Both the position numbers and the translations under genes were made by a program. From Heptranchias perlo (Eukaryota), in the NCBI RefSeq assembly GCF_035084215.1, contig NW_027139581.1, forward strand, positions 4,278,001-4,342,000: a stretch of DNA of 64,000 nt. The letters are read 5' to 3'. The notes beneath the pieces are model-generated. The model made no database searches, was not told the DNA's origin, and saw nothing but the letters and a program-made list of their open reading frames with translations. Shown piece by piece: positions 12,450 through 24,800 of the stretch (its first letter is position 1; each line of letters begins with the position of its first letter).

Positions 12450-14395
12450 AGATAAATCCTTGTGACTGTGTTGCCTGGATTTCCGTCGCATTCACCAAAC
12501 ACCTGGGGTAGGGTAAAGATACATTGATCAGCTGTTCCTCTATTACCCGGACATTCTTGAGGCTAAGATCCTGCCCAGGTTTGGCTGCTCCCTGGGGAGC
12601 TCCTTTGCTCTGCAGCTCTATCCTTGGTCATCCGTTGCCATCCTTTGCCCTTTCTCCCCCAATCTCCCCTCTTTCACTGTTTAAGTACCCCTGCTCCAAT
12701 GGTGGGTGCATCATGGCCCTAACTACAAGTTCAAGCTGCAAGTTTAAAGTTACCTGGGCCCACTGCCCATCTCCCGACCACGCCTGCTCTTTGTTTTCAT
12801 CACTGAATGCTGGATCTTTGCTCAAATTTGGATTCCAAATTCCTGGACTTCTCTGCCGTCAAGACGACGCATCTCCACTGGACGACACTCCAAGACTCAG
12901 CTGCCGTGACTCTGATCTGCTATTCAGTTGCTTAAGTTTTCAGGTAACTTTGTCCAGCCCACAGCCCAACCCCCACCACTGCTGTTACCTGCTGAGCTGA
13001 TGACTGTCCCATTGGTCCGACTGGTTTTTCAGTTTTATTTTACTGAAGTGAGAATTCCTGGCCACAATTCACTCTCCTGGGCCGTAGTCCATCTCTCCAC
13101 CGCTTCTGGATCTTACAATGACCTCCAACTTCGACACCGTTTTTCTGCCCCGCTACCGATTCTGCACACTTCCGGGCTCTTCATTCTCACGGAAATACCT
13201 CCAGCAGTCCGTTCTCTGATACTTCAAATAGCTTCTGGATTCTCTCTCCCTCCACTCCTGTCTCCGAACCAGGACATCAGTTCGTTGATGCTCCAAGCTG
13301 ACTCCACCCTATCTCCGTCATCTCTATCCCACCACGGGACTTCGAACTATAACTTTGTTCTCCCTCCTATTGTCTCCTCTATTCCCTATTTATTACCAGG
13401 ACATTTCTATCCCAATCTTGCTCTGTAACCGCTCCTATGTAACCAGAGTTTCCCTGTGTCCATTCACGTGTGTGTTTTTGCTGCCGCTCCAGACCAGAGC
13501 CCATCGCTTCTATTTCCCCTTTTTTCTCCTTTTCTCTTTACCCCTCCTAGGCCCCTCCCTCCTGTCGTCATGCCTCCTTTAATTTCTCTCCTCTCGGGTA
13601 CTCTGCCCCCCAATCTCTATCCCAACCCTTCAGCACTCCTCCACCTTCCTACTCTCCTACCGCCATCCCCGGCTTGACTCCATCTTCGATAATCCCACAG
13701 CTTCCTTCTGTGCCTCTCTTGGCATCCTCTGAAGGGCCCATCGAGACACTCGTCGCTACCTCCTTATGAGCAGTAACCCCAACTGCCCCTTCCGACTCTT
13801 TCACCGACCTTCCAACCCAACGTATCCGCTGCGGGCTCACCTTCCTGTCCCACTCACCCCTCCCAGCGCTGACACTGTGGATTCTCCCAGCGGATCAGCT
13901 ATCGCCGCCCCTCTCCGCATCTCCCTCCAGAATGTCCGTTCAATTGTGATCGAAGCCCTTGCCATCCATGATCTTACTGTGGATGATTGCATCGATATCA
14001 TGGCCTTGACAGAAACCTGGCTGACGGGTGATGACACCTTCCCCCTTCATGAAGCCTGAAGCCTGGTGAAATCTGTCACCTGACCCGCCCAGAACGACTC
14101 GGTGGCGGTGTGCATCTTATCACCAAATCACATCAATGTCTGACCCCCTACTCCTCTGGCACCTTCTCCTCCTATGAGCATCTCACCACTTCTCTCACGT
14201 CTCCTATAAAATCCTCGTTCTCTACCGCCACCCAAGTACCACGCCATGTTTCTCACCGAGATATCTTCACTGCTTTCCTCCCTCAACCTCTGCACCCAGC
14301 GACGTCTCATCCTCGGTGATTTCAATCTCCATCTCAACTCATCATGTTCTCTCTTCTCTGAGATCACTGCCCTCCTATCATCCCTTAATCTCTCA
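12450..14395 (+). mobile_element. L2 LINE 5' part with apurinic endonuclease remnant
   Basis: LQNVRSI, MALTETWL, GGGV and ILGDFNLH motifs at 13920-14340. The upstream pyrimidine-rich part is assigned with less certainty. Confidence 0.6.
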
Positions 14396-14504
14396 TTTGA
14401 ACATACGAACTGGGAATTCATGAGGTGCTGCGGGCCGTCAGCAGCAGCAGCAGAATTGTATCCCAGCACAATCTGTAACCTCATGGCGCGGCATATTCCT
14501 CACT

Positions 14505-14645
14505 CGTACGAACATATGAATTAAGAGCAGGAGTTGGCCATTCGGCCCCTCGAGCCTGCTCTGCCATTTGATAAGGTCATGGCTGATCTGATTGTGACCT
14601 CAACCCTATTTTCCCGTCTACCAACTACAACATTTCACTCCCTTG
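14505..14645 (-). mobile_element. CR1 3' tail fragment truncated at the 5' LTR
   Basis: Similar to 1585-1715 and ends abruptly at the LTR start. Confidence 0.75.
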
Positions 14646-15585
14646 TGTTGGCCAGAGGCTGCAGAAAACCTCTTGAGGTTAATTCGAATTGCGAACAAAG
14701 ACACTGACTTTTGAACTGAGGTAACCAGGAGTTCAGTCACTGGTCTGGACTGGCCAGAACCGGTTTGAATTAGCCATGCTTCTATGAGACAAAGGGTCTG
14801 TGATGAGACACCAGTCCTTATTTAGAAAAGGAGTAATGAGGTGATGCTACCTGACCCCTTGGAACGGAGCCAATCAGGGGATGACATCGGTCACTCCAGC
14901 AACTTTGAGCCAACCGGAGAAGACATCATCATTCGAAAAGACAAGACTTGGGTAAAACACTGAAGCATTGCGGGCTTGCTGCCAGTGTGTGTGTCTTTGT
15001 TTGTTTGTGAGCAAGAGAGAGATAGAGAGAGTGTGTGTGTGTGTGTGTGTGTGTGTTTTTGTTGGTGTGTGTTTGTCTGTGAGGGAGACTCTGGGAGACT
15101 CTGGAGACGAACCCTCGTGGAAGTGAGAACCTTCCGTCAGGGACGTAAAGACTACGTCAAGGACGTGGAGACGACGTCGGGAGTAAGAGGGAGAATTGCC
15201 TGGCCAGCAGTGTCTCTCCTGTCCGGGTAATATAATATCCTTTCTATTCTGTGACACTCTGGGAGTGTTGTCAGGAAAACCCAGTGGGTGTGCGTTTAAA
15301 GCCTAATACTCGGGGAGTATTAATAGAGAAACCTAGTGGATGTGCGTTTAAAGCTTAATACTCGGGGAGTATTACTCAGGAAACTTAGTGGGTGTGCGTT
15401 TAAATCCTAGTTTGAGTATAAACCTGTATAACCTGCTGTAAACTACATACCTATATCTAACTAGACGTATAAGCGGTATGTACATGATCTAATAATGTTA
15501 ATAAAGCGAATTGAGAATTAAGAGAGAATTGACTCTTCCTCTGTGTACTAAGCCAAAACCGTTAACCGGTGACTTCCGGTCAACA
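14646..15585 (+). repeat. 5' LTR (940 bp)
   Basis: Starts TGTTGGCCAG and ends CCGGTCAACA (imperfect inverted termini). AATAAA near 15500. Contains a (GT)n tract and a triplicated ~50-bp unit absent from the 3' LTR. Confidence 0.93.
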
Positions 15586-15589
15586 TCTT

Positions 15590-15611
15590 TGGCTTCCCTG
15601 GGTGGCCTCGA
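15590..15611 (+). promoter_or_regulatory. Primer-binding site complementary to tRNA-Asn
   Basis: tggcttccctgggtggcctcga compared with TGGCGTCCCTGGGTGGGCTCGA (complement of the vertebrate tRNA-Asn(GTT) 3' end) matches at 20/22 positions, 4 nt after the LTR. Confidence 0.85.
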
Positions 15612-15815
15612 GGATAAATCTCACCGTTGCGTCAGTGGGAGCCTCGAGGCGAACCGAATTTGGCAAAGTATACAGAGAACAGGAGTTAATTCATAGTTAA
15701 TAACGTAAGATGACGAATAAAGGGAAATCATAGAATCATAGAATCATAGAAGTTACAACATGGAAACAGGCCCTTCGGCCCAACATGTCCATGTCGCCCA
15801 GTTTATACCACTAAG

Positions 15816-18710
15816 CTAGTCCCAATTGCCTGCACTTGGCCCATATCCCTCTATACCCATCTTACCCATGTAACTGTCCAAATGCTTTTTAAAAGACAAA
15901 ATTGTACCCGCCTCTACTACTGCCTCTGGCTGCTCGTTCCAGACACTCACCACCCTTTGAGTGAAAAAATTGCCCCTCTGGACCCTTTTGTATCTCTCCC
16001 CTCTCACCTTAAATCTATGCCCCCTCGTTATAGACTCCCCTACCTTTGGGAAAAGATTTTGACTATCGACCTTATCTATGCCCCTCATTATTTTATAGAC
16101 TTCTATAAGATCACCCCTTAACCTCCTACTCTCCAGGGGAAAAATTCCCAGTCTGTCGAACCTCTCCCTGTAAGTCAAACCATCAAGTCCCGGTAGCATC
16201 CTAGTAAATCTTTTCTGCACTCTTTCTAGTTTAATAATATCCTTTCTATAATAGGGTGACCAGAACTGTACACAGTACTCCAAGTGTGGCCTCACCAATG
16301 CCCTGTACAACTTCAACAAGACATCCCAACTCCTGCATTCAATGTTCTGACCAATGAAACCAAGCATGCTGAATGCCTTCTTCTCCACCCTATCCACCTG
16401 TGACTCCACTTTCATGGAGCTATGAATCTGTCCTCCTCGATCTCTTTGTTCTATAACTCTCCCCAACGCCCTACCATTAACGGAGTAGGTCCTGGCCCGA
16501 TTCGATCTACCAAAATGCATCACCTCACATTTATCTAAATTAAACTCCATCTGCCATTCATCGGCCCACTGGCCCAATTGATCAAGACCCCGTTGCAATC
16601 CTAGATAACCTTCTTCACTGTCCACAATGCCACCAATCTTGGTGTCATCTGCAAACTTACTAACCATGCCTCCTAAATTCTCATCCAAATCATAATATAA
16701 ATAACAAATAACAGCGGACCCAGCACCGATCCCTGAGGCACACCGCTGGACACAGGCATCCAGTTTGAAAAACAACCCTCGACAACCACCCTCTGTCTTC
16801 TGTCGTCAAGCCAATTTTGTATCCAATTGGCTACCTCACCTTGGATCCCATGAGATTTAACCTTATGTAACAACCTACCATGAGGGACCTTGTCAAATGC
16901 TTTGCTGAAGTCCATGTAGACCACGTCGACTGCACAGCCCTCATCTATCTTCTTGGTTACCCCTTCAAAAAACTCAATCAAATTCGTGAGACATGATTTT
17001 CCTCTCACAAAACCATGCTGACTGTTCCTAATTAGTCCCTGCCTCTCCAAATGCCTGTAGATCCTGTCCCTCAGAATACCCTCTAACAACTTACCCACTA
17101 CAGATGTCAGGCTCACTGGTCTGTAGTTCCCAGGCTTTTCCCTGCCGCCCTTCTTAAACAAAGGCACAACATTTGCTACCCTCCAATCTTCAGGCACCTC
17201 ACCTGTAGCGGTGGATGATTCAAATATCTCTGCTAGGGGACCCGCAATTTCCTCCCTAACCTCCCATAACGTCCTGGGATACATTTCATCAGGTCCCGGA
17301 GATTTATCTACCTTGATGCGCGTTAAGACTTCCAGCACCTCCCTCTCTGTAATATGTACACTCCTCAAGACATCACTATTTATTTCCCCAAGTTCCCTAA
17401 CATCCATGCCTTTCTCAACCGTAAATACCGATGTGAAATATTCATTCAGGATCTCACCCATTTCTTGTGGTTCCGCACATAGATGACCTTGTTGATCCTT
17501 CAGAGGCCCTCCTCTCTCCCTAGTTACCCTTTTGCCCTTTATGTATTTGTAGAAGCTCTTTGGATTCACCTTTGCCTGATCTGCCAAAGCAATCTCATAT
17601 CCCCTTTTTGCCCTCCTGATTTCTCTCTTAACTCTACTCCGGCAATCTCTATACTCTTCAAGGGATCCACTTGATCCCAGCTGCCTATGCATGTCATATG
17701 CCTCCTTCTTCTTTTTGACTAGTGCCTCAATCTCCCGAGTCATCCAAGGTTCCCTACTTCTACCAGCCTTGCCCTTCACTTTATAAGGAATGTGCTTACC
17801 CTGAACCCTGGTTAACACACTTTTGAAAGCCTCCCACTTACAAGACGTCCCTTTGCCTGCCAACAGACTCTCCCAATCAACTTCTGAAAGTTCCTGTCTA
17901 ATACCATCAAAATTGGCCTTTCCCCAATTTAGAATTTTAACTTTTGGGCCAGACCAATCCTTCTCCATAGCTATCTTAAAACTAATGGAATTATGATCAC
18001 TTGTCCCAAAGTGATCCCTCACTAACACTTCTGTCACCTGCCCTTCCTTATTTCCCAAGAGGAGGTCAAGTTTTGCCCCCTCTCTAGTCGGGCCATCCAC
18101 ATACTGAATGAGAAATTCCTCCTGAATACTCAACAAATTTCTCTCCATCCAAGCCCCTAATGCTATGGCTGTCCCAGTCAATGTTGGGAAAGTTAAAGTC
18201 CCCTACTATTACCACCCTATTTTTCTTGCAGCTGTCTGTAATCTCCTTACATATTTGCTCCTCAATTTCCGGTTGACTATTTGGGGGTCTGTAGTACAAT
18301 CCTATCAAAGTGATCTCTCCCTTCTTAATTTTCAGTTCTCCCCATATAGACTCAGTGGGCGAACCCTCGGATATATCCCCTCTCACTACTGCCGTGATGT
18401 TCTCCCTAATCAAGAACGCAACTCCCCCTCCTCTCTTACCTCCTGCTCTATCTTTCCTATAGCATCTGTACCCTGGAACATTGAGCTGCCAGTCCTGCCC
18501 CTCCCTTATCCATGTTTCAGTAATAGCTATAACATCCCAGTCCCATGTACCCATCCATGCCCTGAGTTCATCTGCCTTGCCCATCAGACTTCTTGCATTG
18601 AAATAAATGCAGTTTAATCTAGACTTCCCCTGGTCTTTGCCCTGCTTTCTCAGACCATCTGTCCGGTCATGTTCTGTACACTCTCCCTTACTTCCTTTTG
18701 TTTCTGTCAC
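15816..18710 (-). pseudogene. CR1 ORF2 (endonuclease and reverse transcriptase), two frameshifts
   Basis: ORFs 18084-18917, 16673-18181 and 15816-16775 tile one ORF2. Confidence 0.9.
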
Positions 18711-18769
18711 CATTTTATTTCCCACTGACTTCCTGCATCGGTTCCCATCCCCCTGCCACATTAGTTTAA

Positions 18770-19708
18770 ACCCTCCCCAACAGCACTGGCAAACACTCCC
18801 CCTAGGACATTGGTTCCAGTCCTGCCCAGATGCAGACCGTCCAATTTGTGCTGGTCCCACCTCCCCCAGAACCGGTTCCAATGGCCCAGGAATTTGAATC
18901 CCTCCCTCTTGCACCATCTCTCAAGCCACGTATTCATCTTAGCTATCCTGTCATTCCTACTCTGACTTGCCCGTGGCACTGGTAGCAATCCTGAGATTAC
19001 TACCTTTAAGGTCCTACTCTTTAGTTTAACTCCTAACTCCCTAAATTCAGCTTGTAGGACCTCATCCTGTTTTTTACCTATATCGTTGGTGCCTATATGC
19101 ACCACGACAACTGGCTGTTAACCCTCCCCCTCCAGAATGTCCTGCAGCCGCTCCGAGACATCCTTGACCCTTGCACCAGGGAGGCAACATACCATCCTGG
19201 AGTCTCGGTTGCGTCCGCAGAAACGCCTGTCTATTCCCCTTACAATCGAGTCCCCTATCACTATAGCTCTGCCACTCTTTTTCTTGCCCTCCTGTGCAGC
19301 AGAGCCAGCCACGGTGCCATGAACCTGGCCACTGCCACCTTCCCCTGGTGAGCCATCTCCCCCAACAGTATCCAAAACGGTATACCTGTTTTGGAGGGAG
19401 ATGACCGCAGGGGACCCCTGCACTGCCTTCCTACTCTTCCTCTGTCTGTTGGTCACCCATTCACTATCTCCCTCAGTAATTTTTATCTGTGGTGTGACCA
19501 ACTCACTGAACGTGCTATCCACGACTTTCTCAGCATCGCGGATGCTCCAAAGTGAGTCCATCCGCAGCTCCAGAGCCGTCAAGCGGTCAAACAATAGCTG
19601 CAGCTGGACACACTTCCCGCAGGTGAAGGAATCAAGGATACAGGAAGGAGCCCTGAATTCCCACATCTCACAAGAGGAACATGACACGGCTCTGGGATCT
19701 CCTGCCAT
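18770..19708 (-). pseudogene. CR1 ORF1 (zinc finger, coiled coil and SGNH esterase), frameshifted near 19110
   Basis: ORFs 19118-19708 and 18761-19105 are consecutive pieces. Confidence 0.85.
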
Positions 19709-20155
19709 GACTTAACCCTTAAGTTAGCTTAACAACAACTGCAATGTCAAGAGAAAAAAAAGGAAAGAAAAACTACTTACCACTCCCTTTAAGGAGTTTA
19801 CTCCTTTAAATTGTTCTCAATTTAGAGAATGTTAACTACACTAGGGACCTTGATTCACTAAAAAATAAACGCTACTTCCTATACGACCTGCAGACCTTCC
19901 CTTTTACTTCAGTTTCTGTCGATAAGTCGAAATACTCACCTGAACCTACTCACCAATCAGGTGCCTCCCCTGTGTCGCGTCCCGATCTGATTCCTGACGT
20001 CACTTCGAACTCGGTCGCAGCTCCGCTCGGCTCGGCTCCTCTCAGCGCTCTGAAATCCCGCCTTTTATCGAACGCTCCCTCCGCTCGGCTCGGCTCCTCT
20101 CAGCGCTCTGAAATCCCGCCTTTTATCGGACGCTCCCTCCGCTCGGCTCGGCTCC

Positions 20156-21895
20156 CTGGGGACTTGGACTGTTTTAATTGGAAGGGACTCCTGCAAAATA
20201 TGTAATAGGGAAGTGGCCGCAATACGGGGAGTATGCGGGTCACATTGGAGACAAGGGAACGCCTGTTGGGGCGGTCCTTTGGAAAATTGCGCAAACAAAG
20301 ATGTCAGGTGGAAATTTAAAAAGATACAAAAATCTGTAGCGATCGGATGTTTACTTGAGGAATGGATAGAATGCCGACAGCAGGCTAGGAGAGAGAAAGA
20401 AAAGACTCGGAAAATCCAAGACGAATTAGGGGAAGAGAATAAAAAACTCCGTGAGGAGATCGCCCGCCTTAGTGAGAAGGTAACTGATCGACAGGGACAG
20501 AGAAGTGCAGATTTGATGCACATGAACCAATATCAGTTACAGTGCGAAAAATTGACTAATGAAAAGAATATGAGAGAGGGAGAAGTCCAAGCAGCTAAAG
20601 CTGAGGTGGAGAGATGGAAACAACAATGTGGTGATTTAAAAACTGCTATGAATGTGATTCACAGAGCAGCTCAGGAGAAGAGGAGTGGTACTGGCGATCA
20701 CACAACGTGTCAGAAAGTGATAGGGAGGCTGCAAGATCAGCTAGCCACACAGAGGGGCATATTGTGTGCTTTTGCACCCGGGAGAGGTGAAGAAAGTGGT
20801 TTCGGGGATGTAGATTGGGATGATTTAGCAGACAAGGCGGATAGATACAGCAGCGGTAATAGGGAACCTCCACTGGGGGACCCACCGCCAGCTTATGCTC
20901 CAGAGCAGAAAAAACCGTCTGCCCCAATGGCCCCCCTGGTAACTACAAGAGCACAGATGGGGGAAGATGGTCAGGATATGACATATTCCACCCCACTTGG
21001 GGTACAGGAACTGAGGGTTATTGCGAAAGATATTGGAACGTGTGCGCCCGGGGATGATCCCAGGGAGTTGTTCCTAGCAGTCAGGCAACAGAGAGCGATA
21101 CACGGCTTAGACGATGCTGAGGAAAGGAAATTAATCCCAATGTGCCTTCACCCACATATACACTCCGCCCTACCGGAGGAACAAAAACTTGGTGGAGGCA
21201 CGAATGAAGCCTTAAAGGACCAGATATTATCTGTCATGGGCGATAACAGAGGGGATCCAGTGGAGGCGCTGATGAGATGCTATCAAAGGAAAGGTGAACA
21301 CACCACTGTATTTTCGACTCGCATTTGGGCGGTATTTCAGGGGGTCTATAGTACAGACTTAGACAGGGATAATTTACAGCGGGAGGTTCGGAACCGATGG
21401 CTGAGAACACTAGTGTCGCATGGCACTGAGGAGTCGAGGAAGGCACTAGATCAGTTTGATCCCGCTGATGACACACATACGGAACCCTGGATAATTAGGA
21501 AGATGGTTAGAGTGTGGGAAAGGGAAATACCAAAACGATCCAAGGCATCCGGGGACAGAGCAATGCCTGTTAAAGATCAGGCGATAACCTGGAGAAATGA
21601 AGGGAGGGGACCTACTCAGGGGGAACCCCCTCCTGCTTATCAGATAGTGGGAAGAGGTAGAGGCAGAGGCAGACGAAACTTCTCGGGAAAGGGGAGAACT
21701 CAAGGCGAGGTGTCCAAATGCTATAACTGTGGCCAAGAGGGACACTTCGCAAGGGACTGCCCGAACCCGAGACGAGAGAATGCAGGTCGGGGAAGAAATC
21801 AGAGCCGACCCGTGGAAGGGCAGAATAGACCGAGTCCTCAGAGTGATACGATAGAAATATCACCGAGTTCCGGGTTGTACCCCGAACTGCAATGA
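20156..21895 (+). CDS. gag: Provirus gag (coiled coil, capsid-like region, CCHC zinc knuckle); true start probably ATG 15710, separated by the CR1
   Basis: CYNCGQEGHFARDC knuckle, RG-rich NC, PPPAY twice, PSAP and LYPEL. The frame stays open upstream of 20213 up to the CR1 junction. Confidence 0.85.
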   Translation: MGTWTVLIGRDSCKICNREVAAIRGVCGSHWRQGNACWGGPLENCANKDVRWKFKKIQKSVAIGCLLEEWIECRQQARREKEKTRKIQDELGEENKKLREEIARLSEKVTDRQGQRSADLMHMNQYQLQCEKLTNEKNMREGEVQAAKAEVERWKQQCGDLKTAMNVIHRAAQEKRSGTGDHTTCQKVIGRLQDQLATQRGILCAFAPGRGEESGFGDVDWDDLADKADRYSSGNREPPLGDPPPAYAPEQKKPSAPMAPLVTTRAQMGEDGQDMTYSTPLGVQELRVIAKDIGTCAPGDDPRELFLAVRQQRAIHGLDDAEERKLIPMCLHPHIHSALPEEQKLGGGTNEALKDQILSVMGDNRGDPVEALMRCYQRKGEHTTVFSTRIWAVFQGVYSTDLDRDNLQREVRNRWLRTLVSHGTEESRKALDQFDPADDTHTEPWIIRKMVRVWEREIPKRSKASGDRAMPVKDQAITWRNEGRGPTQGEPPPAYQIVGRGRGRGRRNFSGKGRTQGEVSKCYNCGQEGHFARDCPNPRRENAGRGRNQSRPVEGQNRPSPQSDTIEISPSSGLYPELQ

Positions 21896-24800
21896 CGATC
21901 TCAGGCCTCTCCGTTATGGGTGTGTGACGCGCGGTTGGATGACACGGGGAGACCCCTAGTGAATGGTAGGGTCGGAGGCCGCCATCTTACAATCCTTTGG
22001 GACACAGAGGGATCTCGAACCACCGTTAACACCACTCAGATCAATGACATAGATTGGAAAATTCAAAATAAAATTATTCTCAGTGGATTCACAGGGCATT
22101 CACAAGTGGGATATGTGAGTGTACCGTTGGAAGTCGGTGTGGGAGACATAGTGATAGAGCATTCAGTGGTCCTTATTGCATTACCTAGAGGACAAGAACA
22201 TATATCAGGGAGTGACTATATGGCCAAAGCGGGAATCTGCTTCGACCCTGTTAATTGTATAATTTGGCAAATGCCTTTGGGCATGGGCAGTATAAATCAC
22301 ACACTCGTCCCGGTGGGGGAATATCAGGATAGGATATGCACGATCGGGGAAATGTGGATAGAACCAGGAGAAATGAGTAACGATCGTGAAGTACAACAAA
22401 TTATTGCACAAAACTCAATAGTATTTGCCCGACATAAACATGATTGTGGGAAAATGACCGGGAGTGTGTGTATACAAGGTCCAGACCCCAAACCACAGAA
22501 TCAGTATGGTTTCCCAAAACAAGCAGAAGAAGAGATAGAGAAGGTGATACAGAGTCTGCTGCAGCAAGGGATATTAAGACCAATAGCTTCTACTAATAAC
22601 GCACCTATTTGGCTGGTGAGGAAACCCGACGGTAGCTGGCGACTCACGATTGACGACAGAGAATTAAATAAAGCCACCCCGCTAACAGCCCCTACTGTAG
22701 CAACCAGACCAGAGACAGTAGTTCGACAAAATGAGGGTGCGCAGTGTTCTACGGTTTTGGACATAAGTAACGGTTTTTGGTCTATTCCACTGGAGAAAGA
22801 ATGTCAATATAAATTTGCATTTACTTTCCAAGGACAGCAATATACATGGACCGCCCTGCCGCAGGGGTTTCACAATTCCCCGTCCATATTTCACCAACGC
22901 CTGAGGGAAGGGTTAAAAGGATTCTTAAGGCCTGAATGTTTAATGCAGTATGTAGACGACTTACTCCTACAAACTGAAACCAAGAAGGAACATTATCAAC
23001 TGCTAAGTGAATTACTGCAGTTGCTACATGACTTGGGATTAAAGATTAACCCTAAAAAAGCGCAGACCATGAAACAAAAAGTTACTTACTTGGGAATGAT
23101 TCTGACGCCGGGACTAAGGGACATTGACAAGCGAAGGATCGAGACGGTTGGCAGACTCCTTGTTCCGCGGGATGTAAAAGGGTTAAGGTCCTTCTTGGGG
23201 TTGGTGGGATATCGCAGGGACCATAATGATGGATTCGCCACAAAGGCGGCCCCGTTGATGGAATTATTCAAAAAGTATGTGGCCTGGGAGTGGAAAACAG
23301 AACACTCCGAGGCCATGACTGATCAAAAGCAAGCACCAGCTGCCGTGCCTGCTCTAAAAAGCCCAAATCCAACTGAGCCGTTTTCATTGGAGATGGCTAC
23401 CACAGACACCACCCTCTCGGCAGTTCTGTTACAGGAGACACATGGGAAATTACGACCAGTATCGTACGCTTCACGTATGCTCTCACCAGTAGAGCAGGGT
23501 TACACGGTGTGCCAAAGACACTTGCTAGCTGTCTTTTGGGCAGTGCAGCATTTTACCTATATAGTGGGACCAAACCCACTTACAATATTAACAGAACACA
23601 CCTCAGTACAGCTACTGTTAGATGGAAGGATTAAGGATGGTTCAGTTAGCCAAAATAGAATCGCTAGATGGACATTGTTGCTGCAAGGGAGAAATATAAC
23701 CGTAAAGGGGGTGAAAACCACCACTGTGTTAGCAGACAACTTAGTTTATCAGGGAGAGAAACATGAGTGTCAATTGATGATAGCAAATGACCCCAAGGGC
23801 CCATTTGTATCAAAACAAAAGGGAGGGGGTAAGACGGGGCCTGAAAGCAGAAAGACAAAGGAAACAGGAAAGGAAGAACCCTATTTTAAATGTTTTGTGG
23901 ATGGCTCTTCATCAGTACAGGATGGGGAAAGGAGAACTGGCTGTGGGATATACATGGAGGATGACCACGGACGGGAAAGATTTAGTGCGGCTCTGAAATT
24001 ACCTAACACTATGAGTGCGCAGGCAGCAGAACTAGCAGCCGTCGCATATGTGGTTGGTCACCCGGAATATTTTCCGCCCAGATCAGTCATATATTCTGAT
24101 AGCATGTATGTTTGTAATAGCCTCACAGAACATTTGCCCCTATGGGAAGCGAGAGGATTTGTCTCAGCGGATGGAAGACCCCTTCCGGCAGCCCCGCTAT
24201 TACGGTACATCTTTGAAGAAGCACAGGGGAAAGGATATGGGGTCACAAAAGTGAAAGCTCATTCAGAACTATCTCCCGAAGGGAACAGGAAAGCTGATGA
24301 ACTAGCTAAACGAGGTGCTGTAAGTGGACAGGAATGGCAGCCACCGATTGGGGAAATCGGAGGCCAGAAAGAGAAGCAGGTCAAAATAATGGATTTAACG
24401 GAGGAGCAAAAGAAAGACGGAGAATTAAAAAAACTAATAGAAGGAGCAGAATCAGACACATACAAAAGGCACAAGGGGGTCGATATTCAAGACGGAGTGG
24501 TTTTGTGTGAAGGAAAATTTGTGGTGCCAGAGGGGGGACGAAACCAAATAATCCACTGATACCTTGACTTATGGGGACATAAAGGGACGGAGAGCACCCT
24601 AGATAGGATGAAGGAGGTGTGCTGGTGGCCCGGAATGACAGGTGACGTGGAACACAATGTCAAGAATTGTTTGATCTGTGCACAACACAACCCCGATAGA
24701 AATATTAAGAAAGGGGCCCTCCGACATACTAGACCAGTTGAAGGGCCTTGGACTAATTTACAGATAAACTGTGTACGACCCCTGCCCCCCACTCCAGGAG

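Larger units (their letters stand above)
15726..20156 (-). mobile_element. Full-length young CR1 LINE (ORF1 zinc finger/esterase, ORF2 endonuclease-RT) inserted into the gag 5' end
   Basis: ORF1 has CSSC..CGKC, GDSIVRG, HIGTND and DGLHL. ORF2 has YFNARS, ITETW, GDFNFP, SDHN, PQGSVLGP and FADD. It carries an (ATTCTATG)n tail and 58-bp 5' tandem monomers, with only ~3 frameshifts. Confidence 0.95.
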
